DNA of 64,000 nucleotides from NCBI RefSeq assembly GCF_054482525.1, contig NZ_CM137006.1; one strand, 5' to 3'. Shown piece by piece: positions 42,665 to 52,146 of this stretch (position 1 is its first letter; each line of letters starts with the position of its first letter). The notes under the pieces were generated by a model. It saw only the letters and a program-made list of their open reading frames with translations, ran no database searches and was not told where the DNA came from. The position numbers and the translations under genes were made by a program.

Positions 42665-44344
42665 TTACAAAGACAGAATCACTTTTGCACCCACCGCCAG
42701 CTGATAGAGGATGGTGGAAATACCACGGGTAACTTCAATGTTTTTCGATTCATATTTCGGCAGAACCATAATCTCATCGCCCGGTTTGAGTGAATCCACA
42801 TCTTCTGCGTTGACGGCTGCACCGTTCTGACGAATGACGATAATTCTGGCGTTACCCGATTTCTGCGTCAGGCCACCACATTTCTCGATGTAATCCTCGG
42901 TGGTCATACCCTTCTGCCAGCTCACCGCGTTCGGGAACAGCACTTCGCCATGAACCATAACCAGCGATGTTTTCTCCGGAATATTGATGACGTCGCCATC
43001 TTCAAGCAGAACAGAATCAATATTGGATTCGTTGAGGATCACTTCACCTTTCGGAACCACGGTGCGTGCTTTCGCCACAAAGCGGCTGATCAGTTGTGCT
43101 TCCTGCATTCGCAGGCTGGCTTCTTCTTTGGTGGATGACTGGGCAGAAAGTGAGGCTTCCTCCAGTTTTTGCAGCGAGAGATTCAGCATCTCTTTCTGAC
43201 GCTGAGCTACTGATGGGCGATAAAGCTGAACCGCGTTCATCTGCGACATGCTGTTCGGGCGGACTTTTTCCAGAACCGCACGCATAGTGGAACCATAAGG
43301 CAGTACCATGGCATGTTCACCGGAGTGCGCGCCTTCAACCCGCACCTGAATGGTGCCGGCATAGCGGTCAGTGCTCACGATTAAGGTATCGCCATTTTGC
43401 AACATACGGCCTGGTGCAGAACTGATCGGATAGTATTCGCTGCGTTTTTGCAGCCCCTGTTTACGCATAATCGTAATGTGAGTCGCGCCAGGCTTAGGGC
43501 GCGCCCAGCTCAACGCTTCCGTTACGGGAATGCTGCTTTCGCGGAACTCAAAGTCGTAGCTGTTAAAGACATCGCCCTGAACGCTGAAAGTATGCTGACG
43601 CGGCCCGACGATGATGGTGTCACCATCGGCGAACTGCGAAAGCCCCAGTTTGCCGTTCAGCAGGAAGTCGTACAGGTTGACGTTGGAGCGCACGCGGTTA
43701 CCGCGCTTGACCACAATATCAACGTAACTTCCGCGCTCTGGATCAACGCCGCCAGCCTTGATCAGATAATTGAGTAACGAATCAGACGTCACACCGCCAT
43801 ACAGACCAGGATTACGCACAAATCCGGTCACGTACACTTTTACTGGCTGCGCCTGTAATAAGGAGGCGTAGACGTTGACGTTGGACTGGTACACTTCTTT
43901 CACTTTGGATGTGACCAGGGCATTTAACTGACTATTACTGACGCCAGCAACTTTCACCGGACCAACGTTCGGCAGGAAAATATTACCTTTGGGATCAATC
44001 TGTAACGCACCATCAAAGGTGAACGCACCCCACAAGCGAACCTGAATGCTATCGCCCGGATTCAGAATATAGTCAGGGTTGAATCCTACCGTCGCACCGC
44101 TATCCGCGCTGGTGCCGTTGAAAAGTTGAGCACCAAACATGCGGCTCATGACCACCGGCGGTGCGGGCGGCGGGGTATTGTCAAAGCCGCTCATGTTTTG
44201 CGTATCCGATTTTTGTCCGCTCAGAATACCGGTAAGCGGCGCTGCTCCTGTCAGGTTTGGGTCAGCGTTAATATCAATGGCCGCGCTGGCCTGCGCAGCC
44301 TGACAGGCGGCAATCAGTAAAATTGATTTCAATAATTTCATCAC
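42665..44344 (-). CDS. kpsD: Capsule export periplasmic/outer-membrane protein KpsD
   Basis: 559-aa with N-terminal signal peptide (MMKLLKSILLIAACQAAQASA). Confidence 0.9.
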   Translation of the reverse strand: MMKLLKSILLIAACQAAQASAAIDINADPNLTGAAPLTGILSGQKSDTQNMSGFDNTPPPAPPVVMSRMFGAQLFNGTSADSGATVGFNPDYILNPGDSIQVRLWGAFTFDGALQIDPKGNIFLPNVGPVKVAGVSNSQLNALVTSKVKEVYQSNVNVYASLLQAQPVKVYVTGFVRNPGLYGGVTSDSLLNYLIKAGGVDPERGSYVDIVVKRGNRVRSNVNLYDFLLNGKLGLSQFADGDTIIVGPRQHTFSVQGDVFNSYDFEFRESSIPVTEALSWARPKPGATHITIMRKQGLQKRSEYYPISSAPGRMLQNGDTLIVSTDRYAGTIQVRVEGAHSGEHAMVLPYGSTMRAVLEKVRPNSMSQMNAVQLYRPSVAQRQKEMLNLSLQKLEEASLSAQSSTKEEASLRMQEAQLISRFVAKARTVVPKGEVILNESNIDSVLLEDGDVINIPEKTSLVMVHGEVLFPNAVSWQKGMTTEDYIEKCGGLTQKSGNARIIVIRQNGAAVNAEDVDSLKPGDEIMVLPKYESKNIEVTRGISTILYQLAVGAKVILSL

Positions 44345-44364
44345 AAACTCATTCAGCGACAGCG

Positions 44365-45513
44365 TTAATCTCGGTGATCTTCAATAACAGCCAGCAACAG
44401 TTTCAGGGTGCCGAACAGCAGGCAGCACACCAGTAACCAGCAGGCGATCAAATAAGGGATATTTGGAAAAGACGATTCCTGCGGCAACTGTGGCGAACTG
44501 ATCACTGACAGCACCTTGAGCTTACGAGCCGCTTCTACACGGGTCTTTTCAATGGAGGTCAGGGTCAGTTTGTACAGCTCGGTGTTGAACTCTACTTTTG
44601 ATTTGATTTCTTCAAAATCCACCGCCATACGGTTTAGCTTGTCACCCTGCGGCGCTGTGATTTTGCTTTTTTCTTCGTCAATTTGTGCCTGCAATGACTG
44701 AATCGCATTACGCGCACTCACAACTTGCGGGGCGTCCTCACGCAGATACGTCAGCAAGTTCCGCAGGTCCGCTTCCATCTGGATCTTCTGGCCCATCAGC
44801 GTATTCACTAACGTGCTCGCCGCCTGTGCCTGTGCCTGTGGATCCAGAACGTTGTTGTTGTCTTGATAAGAGAGCAATTCCGCTTTGCTGGCGTCCAGAC
44901 GCTGGCGTGCCTTTTCCATCTCCGTTTCTGCAAAGGCAAGCTGGTCACGCGCGATGCGATGTGACATCTCATTGATAAAGCGCTCTGACTCTTTCAGCAC
45001 GGTTTGGTTAAACTTAAGCGCAAATTCCGGGCTAAAGCCCTGCGTCTGAATATTCAGTAATCCGGTTTTATCGTCATACGAGACGTTGATACGGTCCTTG
45101 TAGTACTTCAGGAAGCCTTCTGCGGTTTCATCCTTGCTAAGATGATTAAGAAAATCGAGCCCGCTGTGGCTAAACGCTTCACGAAAATTTAGTTGCTTAT
45201 CCAGCGCCGCCAGCATATCCGGCGAGTTGATGTACTCTTTCAGATACAACGCATCTTCTGCGGAACTGGGGTTAGAGGCACCCAGAAGCAGACCAAAATT
45301 CAGGCTGCCGCTGTTTAAATCATCCGAGCGTTTAATGGCGACTTTCGACTCGCTCATATAGCGAGGCTGGCTGAAGATAGCCAGATAGATCAGCAGCACC
45401 GCCATCGGTGCCAGAATGATGATTTTCGCCAGGTGTTTTTGGATATCTGCCAGTGAGATGGCAGACAGACGAGCACGCATCCAGGATACGGCAGACTTCA
45501 CTTTTATCAACAT
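44365..45513 (-). CDS. kpsE: Capsule export inner-membrane protein KpsE (polysaccharide co-polymerase family)
   Basis: 382-aa with N- and C-terminal TM segments and a central coiled coil. Confidence 0.9.
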   Translation of the reverse strand: MLIKVKSAVSWMRARLSAISLADIQKHLAKIIILAPMAVLLIYLAIFSQPRYMSESKVAIKRSDDLNSGSLNFGLLLGASNPSSAEDALYLKEYINSPDMLAALDKQLNFREAFSHSGLDFLNHLSKDETAEGFLKYYKDRINVSYDDKTGLLNIQTQGFSPEFALKFNQTVLKESERFINEMSHRIARDQLAFAETEMEKARQRLDASKAELLSYQDNNNVLDPQAQAQAASTLVNTLMGQKIQMEADLRNLLTYLREDAPQVVSARNAIQSLQAQIDEEKSKITAPQGDKLNRMAVDFEEIKSKVEFNTELYKLTLTSIEKTRVEAARKLKVLSVISSPQLPQESSFPNIPYLIACWLLVCCLLFGTLKLLLAVIEDHRD

Positions 45514-45584
45514 GTAACGATTATCAAAGTTTCAGTGGGGCGCAAACTCAATGAGAGACTAACCTCTCGCACCCCGTTGCTTAA

Positions 45585-46568
45585 TTAGTCGAAAATGCGC
45601 ACAAGGCCAGTGACTTTATTTGCCTTGTTGGTCACCAATAACGTTGAGACGCGGTGCTTTTGCATTTTTTCTTCCGCTTCAATGATCATGGTGTCTTCCG
45701 GTAGCGTCAGCGGTTCACGTGTCATCATCTGCGCAGCCGTGGCGGATGTCAGAGAATCCTCTTTTTCCATAAAGCGACGCAGGTCACCGTCGGTGATAAT
45801 GCCCGCTAGCCCACCTTCTGCGTCTTCTACCATCACCATTCCCTGGCATCCGCTGGTGATACGTTGAATCACGGTTTTAAATGACGCATCCAGCTGTACC
45901 GCAGGAACATCATGCTGCATGACATCAGCAACGCGGGTCAGCAGGCGACGACCTAATGAACCGCCCGGGTGATAGCGCGCAAAATCATTCGGCATAAATT
46001 TGCGTTGGTGGATCATGGCAATCGCCAGCGCATCGCCGATCGCCATCGTCAGCGTGGTAGACGTTGTTGGTGCAAGATTATTCGGGCAGGTTTCATTCGC
46101 CATGTGGAGTTCCAGCACGGCATCAGCATTTTTCGCCAGCGTGGAATTTCCATTATTGGTAATGGCGATAATTCGGTTGCCGAAATTTTTCAGTGAAGGA
46201 ACTAGCTTGAGGATTTCATCCGTTTCACCGCTGGCAGAAATAAGGATCAGAAGATCGTAAGGCGTAATCATGCCCAGATCGCCATGGAAAGCTTCTGCAG
46301 GATGAATAAAGAAACTAGGCGTACCCGTAGAGGCCAGCGTCGCTGACATTTTACGACCGACATGCCCTGATTTACCCATTCCCGAAAGAATAACGTGACC
46401 TTTACAGTTCATTATCAAATTAAGGACACGCTGGTACTGCCCGGAATCCAGTTGTTTAGACAAGTTTTGTAATGCTGCGCCTTGTTCTGCCAGAGTCTGG
46501 CGAACAGAGGTAATTAGATATGGATCGATAGTACTGCTCTGGTCATCAGGTAAATGTCTTTCAGACAT
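45585..46568 (-). CDS. kpsF: Arabinose-5-phosphate isomerase KpsF
   Basis: 327-aa from ATG at 46568 (MSERHLPDDQ...); SIS plus tandem CBS domains. Confidence 0.9.
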   Translation of the reverse strand: MSERHLPDDQSSTIDPYLITSVRQTLAEQGAALQNLSKQLDSGQYQRVLNLIMNCKGHVILSGMGKSGHVGRKMSATLASTGTPSFFIHPAEAFHGDLGMITPYDLLILISASGETDEILKLVPSLKNFGNRIIAITNNGNSTLAKNADAVLELHMANETCPNNLAPTTSTTLTMAIGDALAIAMIHQRKFMPNDFARYHPGGSLGRRLLTRVADVMQHDVPAVQLDASFKTVIQRITSGCQGMVMVEDAEGGLAGIITDGDLRRFMEKEDSLTSATAAQMMTREPLTLPEDTMIIEAEEKMQKHRVSTLLVTNKANKVTGLVRIFD

Positions 46569-47296
46569 ATCAGCTCCTTTGCACGGAAATAATGCCACAG
46601 TCACAGCAAACCCGAACCCACTATAATTTATTTATGCTAAATCAATGGGTTGTAACAAAATTTTTAATGAATATAAAACCATGGTCAGTCCATGCTTATA
46701 TGCAGGACTTATCACCTTCTTATTAAGTCGCAATGTCTCATGGAGGTGCGAAGATGCTGCAATATTACAGGCGAGAAGGGGAACCAAATTTTGCCCACCT
46801 ATTTAACACACCCCTACATTATGAACAAGGAATTTAGGATTTTTATCATTTATTAAAATGTTTCCTACTTGACTATTAAGACCAAAAACAATTTATCAAT
46901 TGATTATTTCCTCGTAAAAAAAGAACGTATGACCATGTTATTAATAAATAAAACACGTAAATAATGGTGATGTTGTTTTATGATTAACTATTTAAGAACG
47001 GTATAATAAACAGGTTGACAATTTCTATGTAAAGAAGAAAATAATAAAATTTTAGCGGTGACTATTGAATGATATGATAGTTGTGGTGTTGATTATTTCT
47101 GGTAATGAATGCGGAATTAAATCTGGCCGGATTGTATTTTTGCTATATCTATTTTTCAGGAGATTATTATTAAATAGAAAAATAACAATGGTGATTATCT
47201 CTGGTTGAGTTGGAGTCACGTATGCCAGCGAGTGCTTTCTTCCGGGCCTTCCTTCACTTCAGAGAAAGAGCCTATGGAAAAGAGGCAATCATCAGG

Positions 47297-48722
47297 TAAT
47301 GCCGATCAGTTAAGGATCAGTTGACCGATCCAGTGGCTGTGTAAGAATCCGGAAACGCTCACTTGTTTCCGGATTTTTTTATGCACATTGGACAGGCTCT
47401 TGATCTGGTATCCCGTTACGATTCTCTGCGTAACCCACTGACTTCTCTGGGGGATTACCTCGACCCCGAACTCATCTCTCGTTGCCTTGCCGAATCAGGT
47501 ACTGTAACGCTACGCAAGCGCCGTCTTCCCCTCGAAATGATGGTCTGGTGTATTGTTGGCATGGCGCTTGAGCGTAAAGAACCTCTTCACCAGATTGTGA
47601 ATCGCCTGGACATCATGCTGCCGGGCAATCGCCCCTTCGTTGCCCCCAGTGCCGTTATTCAGGCCCGCCAGCGCCTGGGAAGTGAGGCTGTCCGCCGCGT
47701 GTTCACGAAAACAGCGCAGCTCTGGCATAACGCCACGCCGCATCCGCACTGGTGCGGCCTGACCCTGCTGGCCATCGATGGTGTGTTCTGGCGCACACCG
47801 GATACACTAGAGAACGATGCAGCCTTCCCCCGCCAGACACATGCCGGGAACCCGGCGCTCTACCCGCAGGTCAAAATGGTCTGCCAGATGGAACTGACCA
47901 GCCATCTGCTGACGGCTGCAGCCTTCGGCACGATGAAGAACAGCGAAAATGAGCTTGCTGAGCAACTTATAGAACAAACCGGCGATAACACTCTGACGTT
48001 AATGGATAAAGGTTATTACTCACTGGGACTGTTAAATGCCTGGAGCCTGGCGGGAGAACACCGCCACTGGATGATACCTCTCAGAAAGGGAGCGCAATAT
48101 GAAGAGATCAGAAAACTGGGTAAAGGCGATCATCTGGTGAAGCTGAAAACCAGCCCGCAGGCACGAAAAAAGTGGCCGGGACTGGGAAATGAAGTGACAG
48201 CCCGCCTGCTGACCGTGACGCGCAAAGGAAAAGTCTGCCATCTGCTGACGTCGATGACGGACGCCATGCGCTTCCCCGGAGGAGAAATGGCGGATCTGTA
48301 CAGTCATCGCTGGGAAATCGAACTGGGATACAGGGAGATAAAACAGACGATGCAACTGAGCAGGCTGACGCTGAGAAGTAAAAAACCGGAGCTTGTGGAG
48401 CAAGAGCTGTGGGGTGTCTTACTGGCTTATAATCTGGTGAGATATCAGATGATTAAAATGGCGGAACATCTGAAAGGTTACTGGCCGAATCAACTGAGTT
48501 TCTCAGAATCATGCGGAATGGTGATGAGAATGCTGATGACATTGCAGGGCGCTTCACCGGGACGTATACCGGAGCTGATGCGCGATCTTGCAAGTATGGG
48601 ACAACTTGTGAAATTACCGACAAGAAGGGAAAGGGCCTTCCCGAGAGTGGTAAAGGAGAGGCCCTGGAAATACCCCACAGCCCCGAAAAAGAGCCAGTCA
48701 GTTGCTTAACTGACTGGCATTA
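47297..48722 (+). mobile_element. IS4 insertion sequence, complete (1426 bp) with 11-bp target-site duplication CAATCATCAGG
   Basis: Imperfect terminal inverted repeats taatgccgatcagttaagg / gcttaactgactggcatta; a single 442-aa DDE transposase ORF; identical 11-mers at 47286-47296 and 48723-48733. Confidence 0.9.
47381..48709 (+). CDS. IS4 transposase
   Basis: 442-aa from ATG 47381 ([15 protein letters not shown]...); IS4-family DDE signature region (...[16 protein letters not shown]...). Confidence 0.88.
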   Translation: MHIGQALDLVSRYDSLRNPLTSLGDYLDPELISRCLAESGTVTLRKRRLPLEMMVWCIVGMALERKEPLHQIVNRLDIMLPGNRPFVAPSAVIQARQRLGSEAVRRVFTKTAQLWHNATPHPHWCGLTLLAIDGVFWRTPDTLENDAAFPRQTHAGNPALYPQVKMVCQMELTSHLLTAAAFGTMKNSENELAEQLIEQTGDNTLTLMDKGYYSLGLLNAWSLAGEHRHWMIPLRKGAQYEEIRKLGKGDHLVKLKTSPQARKKWPGLGNEVTARLLTVTRKGKVCHLLTSMTDAMRFPGGEMADLYSHRWEIELGYREIKQTMQLSRLTLRSKKPELVEQELWGVLLAYNLVRYQMIKMAEHLKGYWPNQLSFSESCGMVMRMLMTLQGASPGRIPELMRDLASMGQLVKLPTRRERAFPRVVKERPWKYPTAPKKSQSVA

Positions 48723-48812
48723 CAATCATCAGGCTCTTTTTGAGTCATATGCGCCGATAATCAACTGTCTTGAACGTAACAATTATGGAGCAACATGATG
48801 CTACGATTCATT

Positions 48813-49043
48813 TCACTCTTCGTTCTTTCTGAGCATTGCGTTCAGGATGGTCAGCAATTTACGCATACAGTCAACCAGCGCCACTTTTTTGGTTTTTCCG
48901 GCTGCTGACAGATGCATGTAAAACGCCTTTATCACCGGATTAAACCAGGTTACCACAAGCGCTGCCATGTGCAGGGCTGCTCTTGCCTCCGTACGCGCAC
49001 TGGCGTCGTTCGGCCAGCAGATATGTGTGGGATAACAGGGATG
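48813..49043 (-). pseudogene. 3' remnant of an IS110-family transposase gene
   Basis: 77-codon open frame with no start codon; translation ...ALHMAALVVTWFNPVIKAFYMHLSAAGKTKKVALVDCMRKLLTILNAMLRKNEE resembles the conserved C-terminus of IS110-family transposases; no room for the N-terminal part. Confidence 0.45.
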
Positions 49044-49162
49044 TTATGTGAACTGAACTGTGTTTTGTTAACGGGGGATGTTTATTGATGATTCGGTAGT
49101 GTTTAAGACCTGATGGCGTTATGCTCCCAAGTTTATTTTATATAAAGATCCAAAAGCAAAAA

Positions 49163-49185
49163 CCCGCCTTGTGGGCGGGTTCTTT
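49163..49185 (-). terminator. Rho-independent terminator (minus-strand reading) at the end of the CP4-like module
   Basis: Hairpin cccgcc-ttgtg-ggcggg; on the minus strand it is followed by tttttgctttt. Confidence 0.6.
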
Positions 49186-49193
49186 AGAATTAG

Positions 49194-49215
49194 TGGTGCC
49201 GGACTCGGAATCGAA
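49194..49215 (-). other. 22-nt copy of the 3' end of tRNA-Phe (attachment-site-type direct repeat), not a tRNA gene
   Basis: tggtgccggactcggaatcgaa is the reverse complement of the tRNA-Phe 3' end TTCGATTCCGAGTCCGG(G)CACCA with one C missing; the rest of the tRNA is absent. Confidence 0.6.
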
Positions 49216-49325
49216 AATTTCTTTTATCATATTGATATTAATACAATTTGTTTGGTTTGATTAAAAATGTACCCTCAATTATACCCGCAGTCCCTTTTGA
49301 TATCGAAAGGGAATCACACTCGGGA

Positions 49326-50168
49326 TCAGGCTGAGAGCACAGAAGGAAAGTACCTGGCTATTATATCGTTAATTCTGTCAATCAGTTCCAGCCTTTTGAA
49401 AGTGATGTGTGCAGATCCCTTCTTAAAGTATTTAATGATGAACATCTCGTCTTCATAGCGCTCTTTACCCTGAACGGACTGGATGTGACCATCCAGACGA
49501 ATAGTGATGTTTTCCCGGTTGTCGGGGATCGGTTTGCCGCTGAACAGATGTAGCATTCTTTCCAGGTCGACGAGTCGGTCAGTCTGTTGCCCGGTGATAA
49601 GATGAAACCCCCACCGGTCCCACCTCACCAGGTTGTTGACGATAATTTTACTGCCAAATTTGCAGGGGCAATTGGTTTTGTAATTCCAGCTCAGTCCCCT
49701 GAAGACGTTGATCACCCCTCGCTCAAACACCTCATCCTTATTCTGGTGTAGTTGTTCAAATGTGCTCAGAATGTTCGCTTCACTGATTTCCGGAAAATTA
49801 TCGTGCTCCAGTGACCGGTACCATGTATCACGGGCCTGTGCATCCATTAAGGAAAGCATCCCTGAACGTTGCATCAGGTCACGCCAGATTTCGCGATCGA
49901 GATTGCGTGTGATAGCTTTCATTGCGGTTTCCGGTTTCTCCATCAGCCAGCAGCCGCAGCGAAAATCCTGTTTCATGGCCCAGTCCGGGGCGGCTTTACC
50001 GCCAATACTTTCTGTCATTGCTGAGATTTCAGCCAGTTGCCGGATAAGTGTGTCGATTTGCAGCAGTGTACTTTTTCGTACAGCCAGAATGTGGCGGATA
50101 CTGGTTGAGCAGATAACGTCCGTATGCCCGGTGACCACTTCCGGATGGGAGATTGTGATGTTTGACAT
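49326..50168 (-). CDS. Conserved hypothetical protein (280 aa) at the edge of the CP4-like module
   Basis: Long ORF with RBS; no motif I can assign. Confidence 0.6.
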   Translation of the reverse strand: MSNITISHPEVVTGHTDVICSTSIRHILAVRKSTLLQIDTLIRQLAEISAMTESIGGKAAPDWAMKQDFRCGCWLMEKPETAMKAITRNLDREIWRDLMQRSGMLSLMDAQARDTWYRSLEHDNFPEISEANILSTFEQLHQNKDEVFERGVINVFRGLSWNYKTNCPCKFGSKIIVNNLVRWDRWGFHLITGQQTDRLVDLERMLHLFSGKPIPDNRENITIRLDGHIQSVQGKERYEDEMFIIKYFKKGSAHITFKRLELIDRINDIIARYFPSVLSA

Positions 50169-50252
50169 TATCGGTTTCCCTTTTGGTTTATAAACGAAAA
50201 CGCCAGCCGTATTCAGGCTGGCGTCAGGGTAATGAAGCGTGGTGAGTGATAT

Positions 50253-50450
50253 TCACCGGTTCTGGTGCAGAAGCTGCAGATGACGCAGGGTACGGACATC
50301 CTCTCTGGCCTGTTCGATACAGGGCAACAGTGCTGCCGAATCCGTTCTATCCTCATCGTTGTCAAAGATAATTCCCGATTCGCAGTCGATATTGTCCTGC
50401 AGCCACGCAATGAGGATATCCAGCGCTGTTTCCGTGGTTAATGATTTCAT
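50253..50450 (-). CDS. Small YeeW-like hypothetical protein (65 aa)
   Basis: ORF from ATG 50450 (MKSLTTETALDILIAWLQDNIDCESGIIFDNDEDR...); downstream of the toxin gene as in CP4-type elements. Confidence 0.45.
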   Translation of the reverse strand: MKSLTTETALDILIAWLQDNIDCESGIIFDNDEDRTDSAALLPCIEQAREDVRTLRHLQLLHQNR

Positions 50451-50611
50451 GTTGTTCCTGGTTATCAGTCGAAAGTGGGCAGGTCCGGCAGACATTCAGC
50501 GCTGGCATCCAGATGAATGAGACTGACGCCATAACGTTGGATGAGTGTGACAAACAGACGACGGAACGTTTTTGACAGCCCCAGGCGTTTAAGCCGCAGA
50601 ACCGGATATGA

Positions 50612-50950
50612 TCACGCATCGGTACGTAACAGATATCCGCTACCTGTGAAATGAATCCATTCTGATTCGCCGAAGTCACTGGTCTGGTGTGACAGTGAGT
50701 ACAACCAGGCGTTGTCCGTTTCCGTGATATGTGCGGTACTGCAGCGTATGCCGGCAAGGGTTGCAAATGGCGGTGGTGTGCAGGTTGACTGTTGGTCGGA
50801 TTCCTCTGCCACACGGAGTGAATAATCGTTTTCAGCGACGTTATTAATCAGTTCAGTGAGATTAACACCATCGACGTCAACGACAATTCGCCCCATGTTC
50901 AGTGCCTGCACATTAATGCTGTCGGCTTCCAGCATCAGGGAAAGTTTCAT
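50612..50950 (-). CDS. Hypothetical protein (112 aa) translationally coupled to cbtA
   Basis: ATG overlaps the cbtA stop (ATGA); no assignable motif. Confidence 0.4.
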   Translation of the reverse strand: MKLSLMLEADSINVQALNMGRIVVDVDGVNLTELINNVAENDYSLRVAEESDQQSTCTPPPFATLAGIRCSTAHITETDNAWLYSLSHQTSDFGESEWIHFTGSGYLLRTDA

Positions 50951-51321
50951 CGTTTCTCCGGATGCTTACCCAGGGTAATGTTATTTACCGTTCTGTAATT
51001 GTCGCGGGTCATCAGGCCGGTCGCCCTGCGAGCCCGGAGGATATCGATGCTGTTTATTAACTGAGAGCGGGTACAGGCACTGAATTCCGGCTGGTCGGTA
51101 CGCACCAGTGCGTATTTTTCAACAAGAAAGTTCACTGCATCGCACAGTGAAATGCCAGCTTCAATATGCTGCTCAATCACACGTTCATCGGCGAACGGTG
51201 TGTCATTCAGCGTAAGGCCGTAATGCTGGTCCAGCAACCGGGACAGCAGTGTCTGCCAGATGGTGACGGGAGACGGGCAGCGCGATGCCTCCCGTACGTG
51301 TGTGTCGGGTAATGTTTTCAT
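50947..51321 (-). CDS. cbtA: CbtA/YeeV-family toxin (type IV toxin-antitoxin; cytoskeleton-targeting)
   Basis: 124-aa; ...[54 protein letters not shown]... is characteristic of the YeeV/YkfI/YpjF family. Confidence 0.85.
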   Translation of the reverse strand: MKTLPDTHVREASRCPSPVTIWQTLLSRLLDQHYGLTLNDTPFADERVIEQHIEAGISLCDAVNFLVEKYALVRTDQPEFSACTRSQLINSIDILRARRATGLMTRDNYRTVNNITLGKHPEKR

Positions 51322-51410
51322 ACTGAAGGTTTTCCTGATATGCAGAGATGAAAAATGGAAAAGTGGCGTGGTGAAAGCACCAGGCCGGAGCAGAAGGTTA
51401 TTCCGGTGGT

Positions 51411-51791
51411 TTACTTTTTCGTTTCGGATGTTGGATAAACAGCCAGATAAACGTAACCACAGCTGCCGAGGGTGTCGGCTTCGCAGGTCAGCCCTTTCGC
51501 ATACAGTGTGACGGTATGCTGATGGCGGGGATTCAGTTCACCGCCGGTGAGCATGAGTTCCAGTTGTTTCATCAGCAGCGGAAAGGCCTGGTCCAGGTGG
51601 TACGCATCCGCGTCGCTGAACAGGCCTCTGATACCGGCGCGGTCGGCAAGGTAATGCAACCGGTTACCCTCCTGCACCAGACGTGCCCCGAAACAGGGCG
51701 TCACGGTGCAGGGTAGCCCCCCACCAGGGGCGGTTGTTGTTGTCGGGATGCGTTGTCCCGGGGAGTGTGTCTGACACGATAAAATCCTCAC
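51411..51791 (-). CDS. cbeA: CbeA/YeeU-family antitoxin; N-terminal coding region shows a frame discontinuity at a G6 tract
   Basis: C-terminal 100 aa ([32 protein letters not shown]...YPTSETKK) typical of YeeU. The canonical-looking N-terminus ([21 protein letters not shown] from GTG 51777) is in the +1 frame and joins only at the C6/G6 run 51717-51722. The track ORF from GTG 51791 gives a non-canonical N-terminus. Confidence 0.6.
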   Translation of the reverse strand: MRILSCQTHSPGQRIPTTTTAPGGGLPCTVTPCFGARLVQEGNRLHYLADRAGIRGLFSDADAYHLDQAFPLLMKQLELMLTGGELNPRHQHTVTLYAKGLTCEADTLGSCGYVYLAVYPTSETKK

Positions 51792-51856
51792 AGAAAATCG
51801 GTTAAGAATGGTCCGGTGGTGGCGATAATTCTGCTCATCTGAATGCCCTTCCAGAC

Positions 51857-52078
51857 TCAGTTCAGGGTGACGCTCATCAGCCGGACATACGGGCCAAAAC
51901 TGTCCTTACGGCGTTCAGCAAACACAGCCAGCACACCGGGAATATCCTGCACTTCACGACCGGTATACGTCTCAGCACTGCCGTGCCAGCGGTACTTACC
52001 GGTACAGAACGGAAAAAGACGGGATGCAGGATGCTGTTGGTGAATACGCATGGCTTCACCACGGGTGATAATTTTCAT
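51857..52078 (-). CDS. yeeT: YeeT-like protein (DUF987)
   Basis: 73-aa MKIITRGEAMRIHQQHPASRLFPFCTGKYRWHG..., recognisable YeeT/YkfH/YfjY-neighbourhood protein. Confidence 0.8.
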   Translation of the reverse strand: MKIITRGEAMRIHQQHPASRLFPFCTGKYRWHGSAETYTGREVQDIPGVLAVFAERRKDSFGPYVRLMSVTLN

Positions 52079-52146
52079 GATGGGATACCTCTGAAGACAG
52101 AAGATAAAAGTGAAAACAAGTGTGATGTGGTTGTGACGGTGACGGG

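Noticed and set aside
47363-47380. Upstream start (MFPDFFM...) for the IS4 transposase
   Set aside because: ATG at 47381 gives the expected 442-aa transposase; the extension starts barely inside the left inverted repeat.
49191-49220. Possible tRNA gene
   Set aside because: Only the 3'-terminal 22 nt of tRNA-Phe is present; the acceptor stem 5' half, D-arm and anticodon arm are absent.
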